Shown here one piece after another: positions 1-7,551 of a DNA stretch of 13,549 bases; the first letter of the stretch is position 1; each line of letters opens with the position of its first letter. Under the pieces are notes generated by a model. That model was not told where the DNA came from, made no database searches, and saw nothing but the letters and a program-made list of their open reading frames with translations. This DNA is from Thermoplasmatales archaeon SW_10_69_26 (GTDB taxonomy: Archaea > Thermoplasmatota > SW-10-69-26), in assembly GCA_003009755.1 (NCBI GenBank), contig PXUB01000024.1, positions 1 to 13,549 of the forward strand, written 5' to 3'. The translations under genes were made by a program, and so were the position numbers.

Positions 1-120
1 CCTTGTGTGTCGACTCCCGCTGCGCGTCGGCTGGTCTGGGTGTGTGGTGAGGGGTCCTCCGGGCCGTTGGGTTCGTCAACGACCTCGGTGGATTGCTCAC
101 GCCGTCCGCTGGCACCTCGA

Positions 121-135
121 GGAACGTTCTTATAC
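121..135 (+). promoter_or_regulatory. Putative archaeal BRE/TATA promoter
   Basis: GGAACGTTCTTATAC: purine-rich BRE-like bases then TTATA (130-134), in otherwise GC-rich DNA, 35 nt upstream of ATG 165. Confidence 0.6.
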
Positions 136-164
136 CGGGGGGCGGGGAACCGTTGCCTGGTCCG

Positions 165-1388
165 ATGATCCGCGCGAGACACCTCCTCCACGTCGCTCTG
201 GCCTCGTCGTTGCTCGTTTCGCCAGCCCTGGCTGGCTCCCCAAGCGATCCCGAGATCGGGGACGACGAGGGGGACGTGAACGTCCAGCACATGGTGGACG
301 CCGGCGTGCTCGACGAGGAGGCTCCCCGGGACGAACTGGCGACCGCGGGGGACGTCACGAAGGCGTGGATCGACAAGGACAAGGAGACGCGCGATTCGTT
401 CACGGTCGTCGTCGAGGTGGCCGACATCCCCGACGACGAGAACGTCTCCTCGCCCCTGGTCGACGTCTGGTCCCACTTCACGGTGCGGGAGGGCGATTAC
501 CACGTGAAGGCCAGCTTGACGAAGCCCTCCTCCGGCGAACCGATGGAGGCCAGCTACGAGCTGTACCTGGACGAGACCGCGGTCGGCGAGCTGACGGGCA
601 GCGTGGACGCGGAGGCCGACCGGCTGTCGGTACGCGTGCCGAAGGCCGACGTGCGGGATCCGGGCGGCGACGACGAGCTGTCGAGCTTCTACGTGACGAC
701 GCACGCCCCCGACAGCGGCGTGACGCTGGACTACGCCCCCGGCGCCAAGCAGGACAACGTCGTCGAGGAGGACGCCACGGCGTCGGATCCGACGAGCTTG
801 TCGCTGGCGCCCAGCCCCTCCTACGGTGACCGGTACGCGTTCCAGGACATGGAGGAGACCGCGAGCCAGATCACGGTCGACGTGACGCCGGAGTCGCTGG
901 AGATCGAGGCCGGCCAGCAGGAGAGCTTCGCGGTCCGCGTCGTCAACGACGCCGAGGAGGCCGACGAGGCCTCGCTCAGCGTCTCGAACACGCCGCCCGG
1001 GTGGAGCGCCCGGCTCGACCCCGGCTCGATGACGGTGCCCGCCAAGGGGTCGCAGACTGCCACGCTGCACGTGACGCCGGCCGACGACGCCGAGGGCCAC
1101 GAGCTGATGGACCTCAACGTGGTGACGAGCCTCGGCGCCGACAAGGGAGCCTCGGTCTCCGTGATCGCCGTCCAGTCCGGCGACGCCAGCGCCGAGGAGC
1201 CCGACGCCGAGCAGTCCCCGGCCCAAGACGAGGCCGAGGATACCGGTGACGAGCCCGCGCCGGCCGCCGGGGACGACCCCGAGCAAAGCTCGGCCAAGGA
1301 GGAGGCCGACGCGATCCCGACGCCCTCCGTCGTCGCCGTCCTCGCCGGCCTCGCGGCCGTGGCTACCCTCCTCCGGCGTCGAGGCTAG
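165..1388 (+). CDS. Secreted cell-surface protein with Ig-like (NEW3/COG1470-type) domain and C-terminal membrane anchor/sorting signal
   Basis: Start moved to ATG 165, which gives a signal peptide (MIRARHLLHVALASSLLVSPALA) and fits the TATA box. Acidic beta-rich body. LEIEAGQQESFAVRVVN...PPGWSARLDPGSMTVPAKGSQTATLHVTP resembles NEW3-type Ig folds. An acidic linker leads to IPTPS, a hydrophobic helix and RRRG. Confidence 0.8.
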   Translation: MIRARHLLHVALASSLLVSPALAGSPSDPEIGDDEGDVNVQHMVDAGVLDEEAPRDELATAGDVTKAWIDKDKETRDSFTVVVEVADIPDDENVSSPLVDVWSHFTVREGDYHVKASLTKPSSGEPMEASYELYLDETAVGELTGSVDAEADRLSVRVPKADVRDPGGDDELSSFYVTTHAPDSGVTLDYAPGAKQDNVVEEDATASDPTSLSLAPSPSYGDRYAFQDMEETASQITVDVTPESLEIEAGQQESFAVRVVNDAEEADEASLSVSNTPPGWSARLDPGSMTVPAKGSQTATLHVTPADDAEGHELMDLNVVTSLGADKGASVSVIAVQSGDASAEEPDAEQSPAQDEAEDTGDEPAPAAGDDPEQSSAKEEADAIPTPSVVAVLAGLAAVATLLRRRG

Positions 1389-1399
1389 GCACCCACGGC

Positions 1400-1423
1400 C
1401 CCGGGGCGGGTTTCCGCCCCGGG
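1400..1423. terminator. Perfect 10-bp hairpin just after the stop codon
   Basis: CCCGGGGCGG-GTTT-CCGCCCCGGG, 11 nt after TAG 1388, between convergent genes. No U-tract follows. Confidence 0.45.
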
Positions 1424-1687
1424 CGCCTCGTCGCTCGCCTCGCATCGGCTTCGAGGCGCGTTTCCTCGACGACGGCCAACGAGCCCCTCGGATGGAGCAT
1501 CCGGCTGAGCGTTAGAGCTCGTTCCCCGTGCCCGCGCACGGATCGCAAACGGCCCCGTTGCCCGCGAGGCCAGCCGACGACGCCGAGAGGCTCGTATTCT
1601 GTCGGCGGTGGCCGCCGTGTTCGCCCTCGTCGCGGCGACGTCAGCCGTGGGCGCGCGACGCTGATCGGCCGGCCCGCAGCGACCGGG

Positions 1688-1960
1688 TCAGCCGGTCTCG
1701 GATGTCTCGCCGGCGACCTCGTCGGCGACCTGGCTGGCGGCCGCCGCCTCGGCGTCGGAGCCCTCTTTGCGATCGAGGAACTCGTCGAGCGCCGTTTCGA
1801 CCGTCTCCGAGATGTTGTCCTCGGTGACGAGCTTGAGGGCGTGTAGCTTGATGTGCTGTCGGATCGGGAGCTTGACCTTGATGCTCTTCCGAACCGAGAG
1901 GTCCTTCTGCTGTTCGCGGATGAAACCGTCGAGTTCGTCTTTCGATCGATCCGAGGTCAC
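1688..1960 (-). CDS. Small ribbon-helix-helix (RHH)-like DNA-binding protein
   Basis: GTG start preceded by a strong SD (GGAGAAGGTGA). KSIKVKLP is an alternating beta-strand, followed by helix IRQHIKLHALKLVT and NISETVETALDEFL, the CopG/Arc-type RHH pattern. Acidic tail. Confidence 0.75.
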   Translation of the reverse strand: MTSDRSKDELDGFIREQQKDLSVRKSIKVKLPIRQHIKLHALKLVTEDNISETVETALDEFLDRKEGSDAEAAAASQVADEVAGETSETG

Positions 1961-2103
1961 GCTGTCACCTTCTCCGCGCCGTTCCTCGGGCCGTTGGGCC
2001 CGACCGACGCAGGGCTTGCTCTCCGCGTGCCAAGGAAAAGGGGGTCGTCGGGCTCACCGGCGCCCCCTCCGCCCCGAGGGGGGAGGGTCCCGAACCGCAA
2101 GCC

Positions 2104-2110
2104 TAAAAAA
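2104..2110 (-). terminator. Oligo-T tract: archaeal terminator of the metal operon and/or TATA box of the RHH gene
   Basis: Minus-strand TTTTTTA begins 13 nt after the ZIP stop codon and lies about 145 nt upstream of the RHH start. Confidence 0.45.
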
Positions 2111-2123
2111 GCCGGGGGCAGCC

Positions 2124-3275
2124 TCAGGTCAGCACGCCGGTGGCCCACATGACGGCGACGCCGAGCAGGGCGCCGGCCGCGACCGGGCCCGAGGTCCAGC
2201 CGGCGTCGACGCGGTCGGACAGCTGGCCGCCGACCTCGACGATGACCTGGGCGATCGCGCCCAAGCCCAGCGAGAAGAACACCGCGCCGAGCAGAGGCGT
2301 GAAGGCGGCTGAGCCCAGCCAGGCACCGACGATCGTCGGCACGCCACCGACGGCGGCCAGCCCGGCCAGGTGGCCCCAGGAGGCCTCCCGCAAGGGGGCC
2401 ACGATGGCGGGACCCTCGGTGACGTTGTGCAACGTGAACCCGAGGATGAGGAAGGTGCCCAAGGCGACCTCGCCGACCGCGTAGGCGGCGCCGATGACGA
2501 GGCCCTCGCCGAAGTTGTGCAGCCCGATGGCGAGGGCGATCAGGTAGGCCATCGCCAGCGGGGACCGGCGCCCGCTTCGGCGATCGACGGCGGCGGACAT
2601 CAGCCGCAGGCCGGCGAGGGCCGCGACGGTGCCGAACAACACGAGGCCCGGTCCACCCAACGGTGCAGGCGCCCGTTCGGCGAGCTCGACGGCCTCGACC
2701 AGGCCCTCCAGGCCGAGGAACGCCAGCAACCCGACGGTGAAGGCCAACAAGGCGGCCTCGTAGCGGCTGGGCAACCGTTTCAACGCCGGCTGCCAGGCGA
2801 CACCGGCGGCCACCGGCAGCACGCCGACGAGGAGCCCGATGAGGGTGTAGGTCCACATCGTCGACCCGTCGAAGCTCTGGGTGGTCTGGGCGGCCTCGAC
2901 CTCGTGACCGACGGTGGCGCCGTCGGCGGTGACGAAGTCGATCTCGACGGCCTCGCCCTCGACCCACGGGTACGGGATCGTGACGGTGGAGGTCTCGAGG
3001 CGCTCCAGCCGGCGATCGGGCTCGACGGTGTGCTCCCAGTAGGCGTCGTTGACGAGCACCTGGGAGAGGCGGACGGGCTCGGGACCCTCGTTGGTGATCA
3101 CCAGCTCGATCCGGTCCTCGGTGAACGTCTCGTCCTCGACGGTGATCTGCGGCGCCGGGGGCGGGCCATCGCGGGCCAGCCACTCGCCGGGGTCGGCGAC
3201 GACCACGATGCCGGCCAACAGCGCCAGCAACGCCAGCGGGATCGCGACGATGGCGATCTGGGCGTCGTCGCTCAC
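2124..3275 (-). CDS. ZIP (ZupT/GufA) family divalent metal transporter with N-terminal membrane-anchored extracellular domain
   Basis: ZIP metal-site motifs IGLHNFGEG and FTLHNVTEG, plus multiple hydrophobic helices in the C-terminal ~240 aa. N-terminal TM helix followed by a ~110-aa soluble beta-rich domain. GTGA start/stop overlap with the upstream oxidase. Confidence 0.9.
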   Translation of the reverse strand: MSDDAQIAIVAIPLALLALLAGIVVVADPGEWLARDGPPPAPQITVEDETFTEDRIELVITNEGPEPVRLSQVLVNDAYWEHTVEPDRRLERLETSTVTIPYPWVEGEAVEIDFVTADGATVGHEVEAAQTTQSFDGSTMWTYTLIGLLVGVLPVAAGVAWQPALKRLPSRYEAALLAFTVGLLAFLGLEGLVEAVELAERAPAPLGGPGLVLFGTVAALAGLRLMSAAVDRRSGRRSPLAMAYLIALAIGLHNFGEGLVIGAAYAVGEVALGTFLILGFTLHNVTEGPAIVAPLREASWGHLAGLAAVGGVPTIVGAWLGSAAFTPLLGAVFFSLGLGAIAQVIVEVGGQLSDRVDAGWTSGPVAAGALLGVAVMWATGVLT

Positions 3276-4471
3276 GGTGACCCGCCTGCCTCGCGCTTGA
3301 CCTGGTGGCCGGCTCGTCGGGTCCGATCGTCGACGTCGTCGGCCACGTCCGGTTCTGCGGTCTCGTCGTCACGGTACTGGGAATCGGCGGGGCCTTTCTC
3401 GGAGGAGCGGGCCCGGCCCTCGGAGCTGTCGATGCTGGGATCGGAGGCGACGTCGAAGAACGACAGCCACCCGAGCTCGGCGAACTCGCTTTGATGGGCG
3501 TGGAACATGAGCTTGCCCTCGTGGGGGGGACGGAACTGGAGGATGCCGCGCTGGGCTTGGACTTGGGAGACCGTGTCGATCCAGGTCCGTCGGTTCTCCA
3601 GGCGGCCGGTGTCGTAGTAGTCGAAGAAGTGGGCGTGCAGGTGGAAGCTGTTCACGGCGTCGAACTCCGTGGCGTTGGCGAGGTAGACGCGCACGAGGTC
3701 GTCCTGGCGGACCTGCAGCGGCTTCTCGGCGTAGCAGAACGCCTTCGTGTTGACGGCGTAGATCTCGTTGTCGCCGTCCTGATCGGTGTCGAAGGCGTTC
3801 ATCACCATGACGAACTCGTGGTCGGCCTCGCCCAGGGCTTCGTCGTAGCCGCCGGGTGGGTCGACGACGAACATGCCGTACAGCCCTTTGTGGACGTGCT
3901 TCTTGAGCGGCGTCGAGTGGCAGTGGTAGACGTGCGTGCCGTAGGGTTCGGCGGTGAACTCGTACACGGTCGAGTCGCCGGTGTCGATCATGCCGTCGCC
4001 GAGCCCGGGCACGCCGTCCATCTCGGGGCGGTGGATGCCGTGGAAGTGGATCGTGTGCGGGTGCTCGCTGGCGTTGGAGAACTCCACGCGGATCTCGTCG
4101 CCCTCGTTGGCGCGTAGGGTGGGACCGGGGACCTGGCCGTTGTAGGCCCAGGCGGGGAAGGTGACGCCAGGGGCGACCTCGATCTCCTTGTCGAGGGCGT
4201 CGATGCGGAAGATCCGGCGTTTGCGGCCGTCGCCGAGGTCCTCGATCTCGTCGCCCCAGTTGAACTCGCGCACGTACGAGTACGGATCGAAGTCGTCGGT
4301 GCTCGTCTCGCCGACGGCGCGCAGTTGCGCGATGTCGCTGTCGGTGACGTTGCCTTCGCCGGCGAACTGTTGGGCGAGGCCGGCGATCTCCTCGCTGCCC
4401 GCGAAGAGGCCAGCGCCGAGCGCGGCCGAGCCGGCGATGCCGGCGCCTTGCAGGAAGCGGCGTCGATCCAT
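3272..4471 (-). CDS. Tat-exported two-domain multicopper oxidase (type C-like 2dMCO)
   Basis: Twin-arginine signal MDRRRFLQGAG; AWAYNGQVPGPTLR; Cu motifs HPHTIHFHG, YHCHSTPLKKHVHKGL, SFHLHAH and FHAHQ. SD GGAGGTG and TGATG overlap with the regulator stop. Confidence 0.93.
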   Translation of the reverse strand: MDRRRFLQGAGIAGSAALGAGLFAGSEEIAGLAQQFAGEGNVTDSDIAQLRAVGETSTDDFDPYSYVREFNWGDEIEDLGDGRKRRIFRIDALDKEIEVAPGVTFPAWAYNGQVPGPTLRANEGDEIRVEFSNASEHPHTIHFHGIHRPEMDGVPGLGDGMIDTGDSTVYEFTAEPYGTHVYHCHSTPLKKHVHKGLYGMFVVDPPGGYDEALGEADHEFVMVMNAFDTDQDGDNEIYAVNTKAFCYAEKPLQVRQDDLVRVYLANATEFDAVNSFHLHAHFFDYYDTGRLENRRTWIDTVSQVQAQRGILQFRPPHEGKLMFHAHQSEFAELGWLSFFDVASDPSIDSSEGRARSSEKGPADSQYRDDETAEPDVADDVDDRTRRAGHQVKREAGGSP

Positions 4472-5139
4472 CAGGCGGGCACCTCCTCGACGGTGATCTG
4501 CCGGGCGACGGGTTCCCCCACGTGGACCTGGCGGCCGTCGACCTCGACGGTGAGCACGGCGGCCCCGGGGTCGGCCTCCTCGACGCGGGCCTCGGCGCCG
4601 GGGTACAGGCCCCGGGAGCCGAGGAAGCGCAGCACGTCGGGGTCGTCGTCGCTGACGCGGACGATGCGCACCTCAGCGCCTTCCTCGATCTCGTCGAGCC
4701 GGCGGCCGTCGGGGTTGGGCAGGCTGCCGTCGCGGCTGGGGATCGGGTCCCCGTGCGGGTCGCGTTCGGGGTGGTCCAGGCGCTCGGCGATGCGGTCCTC
4801 GAGCTCCTCGCTGATGTGATGCTCGAGCACCTCGGCTTCCTCGTGCACCTCGTCCCAGGGGATGCCCAGCGTCTCGACGAGGAAAAGCTCCAGCAGTCGA
4901 TGGTGGCGGATGACCTCGAGCGCGGTCAGCTCGCCCGCCGCGGTGAGCTCGACGCCCTCGTAGGGCTCGCGCTCGACGAGGTCCAGCTCGGCGAGGCGCT
5001 GGGTCATGTCGGAGGCCGAGGCGGGCGTCACGTCGAGCCTCTCGGCCAGGACCTTCGGCGTCGGGTCCTCGCCGGCCTCCTGCAGCTCGTGGATGGCTTT
5101 CAGGTAGTCCTGCATCGCCGGCGTCGTTCGCTCGCGCAC
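4471..5139 (-). CDS. DtxR/MntR/SirR family metal-dependent transcriptional repressor with C-terminal FeoA domain
   Basis: MQDYLKAI...LAERLDVTPASASDM wHTH; RHHRLLELFL, EAEVLEHH and DPHGDPIP motifs; FeoA-like C-terminus. Start most likely GTG 5139 (TATA-like TTTTGA at 5168-5163); ATG 5115 is an alternative. Confidence 0.93.
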   Translation of the reverse strand: MRERTTPAMQDYLKAIHELQEAGEDPTPKVLAERLDVTPASASDMTQRLAELDLVEREPYEGVELTAAGELTALEVIRHHRLLELFLVETLGIPWDEVHEEAEVLEHHISEELEDRIAERLDHPERDPHGDPIPSRDGSLPNPDGRRLDEIEEGAEVRIVRVSDDDPDVLRFLGSRGLYPGAEARVEEADPGAAVLTVEVDGRQVHVGEPVARQITVEEVPA

Positions 5140-5162
5140 ACCGGAGCAAAGGCCCGCCCCCC

Positions 5163-5186
5163 TCAAAAGATTAGCCCCGTCTAATC
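5163..5186 (-). promoter_or_regulatory. Palindromic MntR/SirR-type operator abutting the operon TATA box
   Basis: GATTAG-CCCCGT-CTAATC (5169-5186) has a TTAG-N6-CTAA core, as in SirR/MntR boxes. It lies immediately upstream of minus-strand TTTTGA (5168-5163), over the BRE position. Confidence 0.75.
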
Positions 5187-5220
5187 ATCTGGAAGGGCGG
5201 GTCTTCTCATCGCGTGAGGT

Positions 5221-5411
5221 TCATCTTCGCCGACGGTGGCGGCGAACAGAGGGCTCCCGAGGACGGCCAGCGCGGGGAAACGCGCCTCGTTGGTGGCCTC
5301 CTCGGGGGGTTCGGCCTCGGGGTCGGCCTCGGGCGTCGGTTGCTGGGCGGCGCCGACGGCGGAGGGGAGCAGGACGGCCGCGACAGTCGGTGCCGGGGCC
5401 TATCGGTGCAT
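5221..5411 (-). pseudogene. Decayed gene for a tiny secreted, C-terminally anchored protein
   Basis: From ATG 5411 it reads MHR*APAPTVAAVLLPSAVGAAQQPTPEADPEAEPPEEATNEARFPALAVLGSPLFAA. A shifted frame then gives HRRRR* (TGA 5223-5221). One nonsense codon and one frameshift; absent from the ORF track. Confidence 0.55.
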
Positions 5412-5433
5412 GGTGTCGGTGGTTCCCCAGGCC

Positions 5434-6060
5434 TCAGTCGACGACCGTCCGCCGTTCCGTGGAACGGGGGTCGGGCGGGTCCTGGAACCCCTCGACGATC
5501 GGGCGGTAGGCGGCGTTGCGGAGCAGCAGGCCCCAGTGGCCGCCCAACCGGATGCGGTGGTTCTCGGCCGGCGGGAAGCAGGCGTTGCCGTAGGGGACGA
5601 CGAGGCTGTCCACGGAGGCGTAGACGTTGACGAACGGGACCGACAGCGGTCGGTCTCCCAGCTCGCGGAGGTAGGAGGACCCGGGGAGCATCTGGCGGCA
5701 GGCGGGGCAGACGAGGGCCATCACCGAGGTGAGCGTGCCCTGGTGGGGGGTGCCCAGCGTAGCGCAGGCGCGAACGCGGCCGTCGGCGCCGCGGTTCTGC
5801 ACGAGTTCGCGGATGACGAGGCCGCCGAGGCTGTGCCCGACGAGATTAACCTGGTCGTGGCCGGTGGCTTCGAGCACCTCGTCGACGCGGTCGTCGAGCG
5901 TGGCGCCCGAGGTCGTGATGTCCTGGAGGCCGAGGCCGGGGAAGGTGACGGTGTAGACGGGGAACCCGTCGCGTTCCAGGCGCTGGCGGAACAGGTTCCA
6001 GTACACCCAGTCCTGGCCGGAGAAGCCCGGAACGAGCACCACCGGTTCTCGGTCCGCCAC
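5434..6060 (-). CDS. Alpha/beta hydrolase (small lipase/esterase family)
   Basis: PVVLVPG oxyanion strand, nucleophile elbow VNLVGHSLGG, TLGTPHQGT, putative Asp (SVDSLVVP) and His (GGHWGLL). No signal peptide. Confidence 0.9.
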   Translation of the reverse strand: MADREPVVLVPGFSGQDWVYWNLFRQRLERDGFPVYTVTFPGLGLQDITTSGATLDDRVDEVLEATGHDQVNLVGHSLGGLVIRELVQNRGADGRVRACATLGTPHQGTLTSVMALVCPACRQMLPGSSYLRELGDRPLSVPFVNVYASVDSLVVPYGNACFPPAENHRIRLGGHWGLLLRNAAYRPIVEGFQDPPDPRSTERRTVVD

Positions 6061-6150
6061 GACGGGTGCTCACGGCGGCGGGGCCCTTTGTGCCTATCGT
6101 TTTGGGCCCGCCAGCAGAGGCCCTGGACCCCCCGACCGGGGAACGGGCGC

Positions 6151-6165
6151 GCAACAAGCTTTATC
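6151..6165 (+). promoter_or_regulatory. Putative archaeal BRE/TATA promoter of paralog 1
   Basis: GCAACAAGCTTTATC, with TTTATC at 6160, 30 nt before ATG 6190. A homologous motif precedes paralog 2. Confidence 0.7.
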
Positions 6166-6189
6166 CGTCGGCTCGAGAACTTCGGTTCG

Positions 6190-7551
6190 ATGCGCAAGGT
6201 TGCTCTCGTTTTGGGAGTTCTGATGGTCGGCATGACCGTTCCTGGTGGTGCCCTCGCCCAGGACGGCGGGCAACCCGCAGGTGACAGCGACGACGTCACC
6301 TTCTACGGGCACGTGTTCACGCACGGGCTCGGCGCTCCGACGCCGGCGAACACGGAGTTCCCGACGGGCGAGACGATCTACGGGATCGGCACCGGCGGGA
6401 ACTGCGCCAGCGCTGTCCCGAACGCGATCATGGCCGATTGCCAGGAGACGCCCTGGAACAAGCTGGCGATGTTCTCGACGGCCGGCTTCGTGGACATCAA
6501 GAGCCCGGCCGAGTTCACGCAGAACGGCGCCTACACCCAGCTGCACAACGAGCGCGGCCAGACGAAGGACGTCCAGCTGGACGACAGCGGCACGGTGTCC
6601 AGCAGCCTGTACGGCACGTGGGACGCTCACGGTTGGGCCGTGCGGGCCGGCAACGCGTACGGAACGAACTGCGTGGGCCCGCACGCGCCCGGGGTCCCCT
6701 GCATGTATCCCTACTGGGGCTGGGACCCTGGCGTGTTCGAGAACGTGGTCATGGAGGCCACGATGTACCACGCCAACCTCGGCGAGCGCACGAACAGCTC
6801 GCAAGCCCCGCCGATCCAGGACGTCGTCGAAAGCGGCGAGGCGACCGTCGTCGCGGACGCGACGTGGGGCCCTGACCAGGTCATCAACAGTCTGCCGGGC
6901 TTCCCGAACGCCTTCCAGTGGGAGATCGACATGGGTGCGCCCCAGGTCGACACGATCCCGCGATCCGACGACTTCTTCGTCGTGTACGACACGTTCCAAC
7001 AGACCGGTGGGGAGAACAACTGCAACCGATGCCCGATGCGGTGGTGGAGCGGCGAGTTCTTCCCGCCCAGCTTCGAGCTCCCCGTCGAGAACGCCTTCAC
7101 CGTCGAGCGCGCGGTGCCGACGTTCGCCAACGGCCAGCTGGCGATCCTCGGCATCATGAACTCGCCGTGGGGCAGCTACGACGTCGACGCCGACAGCGTC
7201 GAGCTCGACGTCGAGGGCCCCCAAGGCGACGCGTCGCCAGACAACCTCGAGCGCTACGCCGACTTCAGTACCGCCCACGGCGGTCACTTCAACCCGGTGA
7301 ACGTCACCTGGATCTGGGATTACCGCGCCGACGACGCTCCGACCGGCGAGTACGAGATCACGATCTCGGCCCAGAACTTCCAGAACAGCGCCAGCGCGAC
7401 CTGCAAGGCGACCTTCACCCTCGAAGAGGGACCCGACGGTGCGCCGGCGGCCGGTGAAGTGACCGAGGGCGTGTGCGGGACGCAGTCTGCGGGTGCCGAG
7501 GAGCAGGTCGAGGAATCCCAGCGCGACGTCGAGGATCAGACCGACGAGTGA
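6190..7551 (+). CDS. Secreted 8-cysteine protein of unknown function (tandem paralog 1)
   Basis: ATG 6190 gives signal peptide MRKVALVLGVLMVGMTVPGGALA. 453 aa; aligns end to end with 7622..9004. Ig-like C-terminal part (WIWDYRADDAPTGEYEITISAQN), acidic tail, no C-terminal TM. Confidence 0.85.
   Translation: MRKVALVLGVLMVGMTVPGGALAQDGGQPAGDSDDVTFYGHVFTHGLGAPTPANTEFPTGETIYGIGTGGNCASAVPNAIMADCQETPWNKLAMFSTAGFVDIKSPAEFTQNGAYTQLHNERGQTKDVQLDDSGTVSSSLYGTWDAHGWAVRAGNAYGTNCVGPHAPGVPCMYPYWGWDPGVFENVVMEATMYHANLGERTNSSQAPPIQDVVESGEATVVADATWGPDQVINSLPGFPNAFQWEIDMGAPQVDTIPRSDDFFVVYDTFQQTGGENNCNRCPMRWWSGEFFPPSFELPVENAFTVERAVPTFANGQLAILGIMNSPWGSYDVDADSVELDVEGPQGDASPDNLERYADFSTAHGGHFNPVNVTWIWDYRADDAPTGEYEITISAQNFQNSASATCKATFTLEEGPDGAPAAGEVTEGVCGTQSAGAEEQVEESQRDVEDQTDE

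Noticed and set aside
1-120. Possible gene end or RNA at the left edge
   Set aside because: No recognisable coding, tRNA or repeat signal in the available sequence.
2085-2120. GCAA...GCCTAA resemblance to a c-di-GMP-I riboswitch
   Set aside because: Only a short word match. The required stems and GNRA/receptor architecture are absent, and the orientation is opposite to the flanking genes.
3272-4471. Calling the oxidase nirK
   Set aside because: Both domains keep paired HxH motifs for a trinuclear Cu cluster, and the context is metal homeostasis rather than denitrification.
5400-5402. Pyrrolysine/amber readthrough of the in-frame TAG
   Set aside because: The TAG lies in a signal peptide, the same gene also needs a frameshift, and no pyl genes are visible. 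TAG is a normal stop at 1388 and 11050.
5236-6189. 318-aa N-terminal extension of paralog 1 in the ORF track
   Set aside because: It is antisense to the lipase gene. The signal peptide, promoter and paralog alignment all place the start at 6190.
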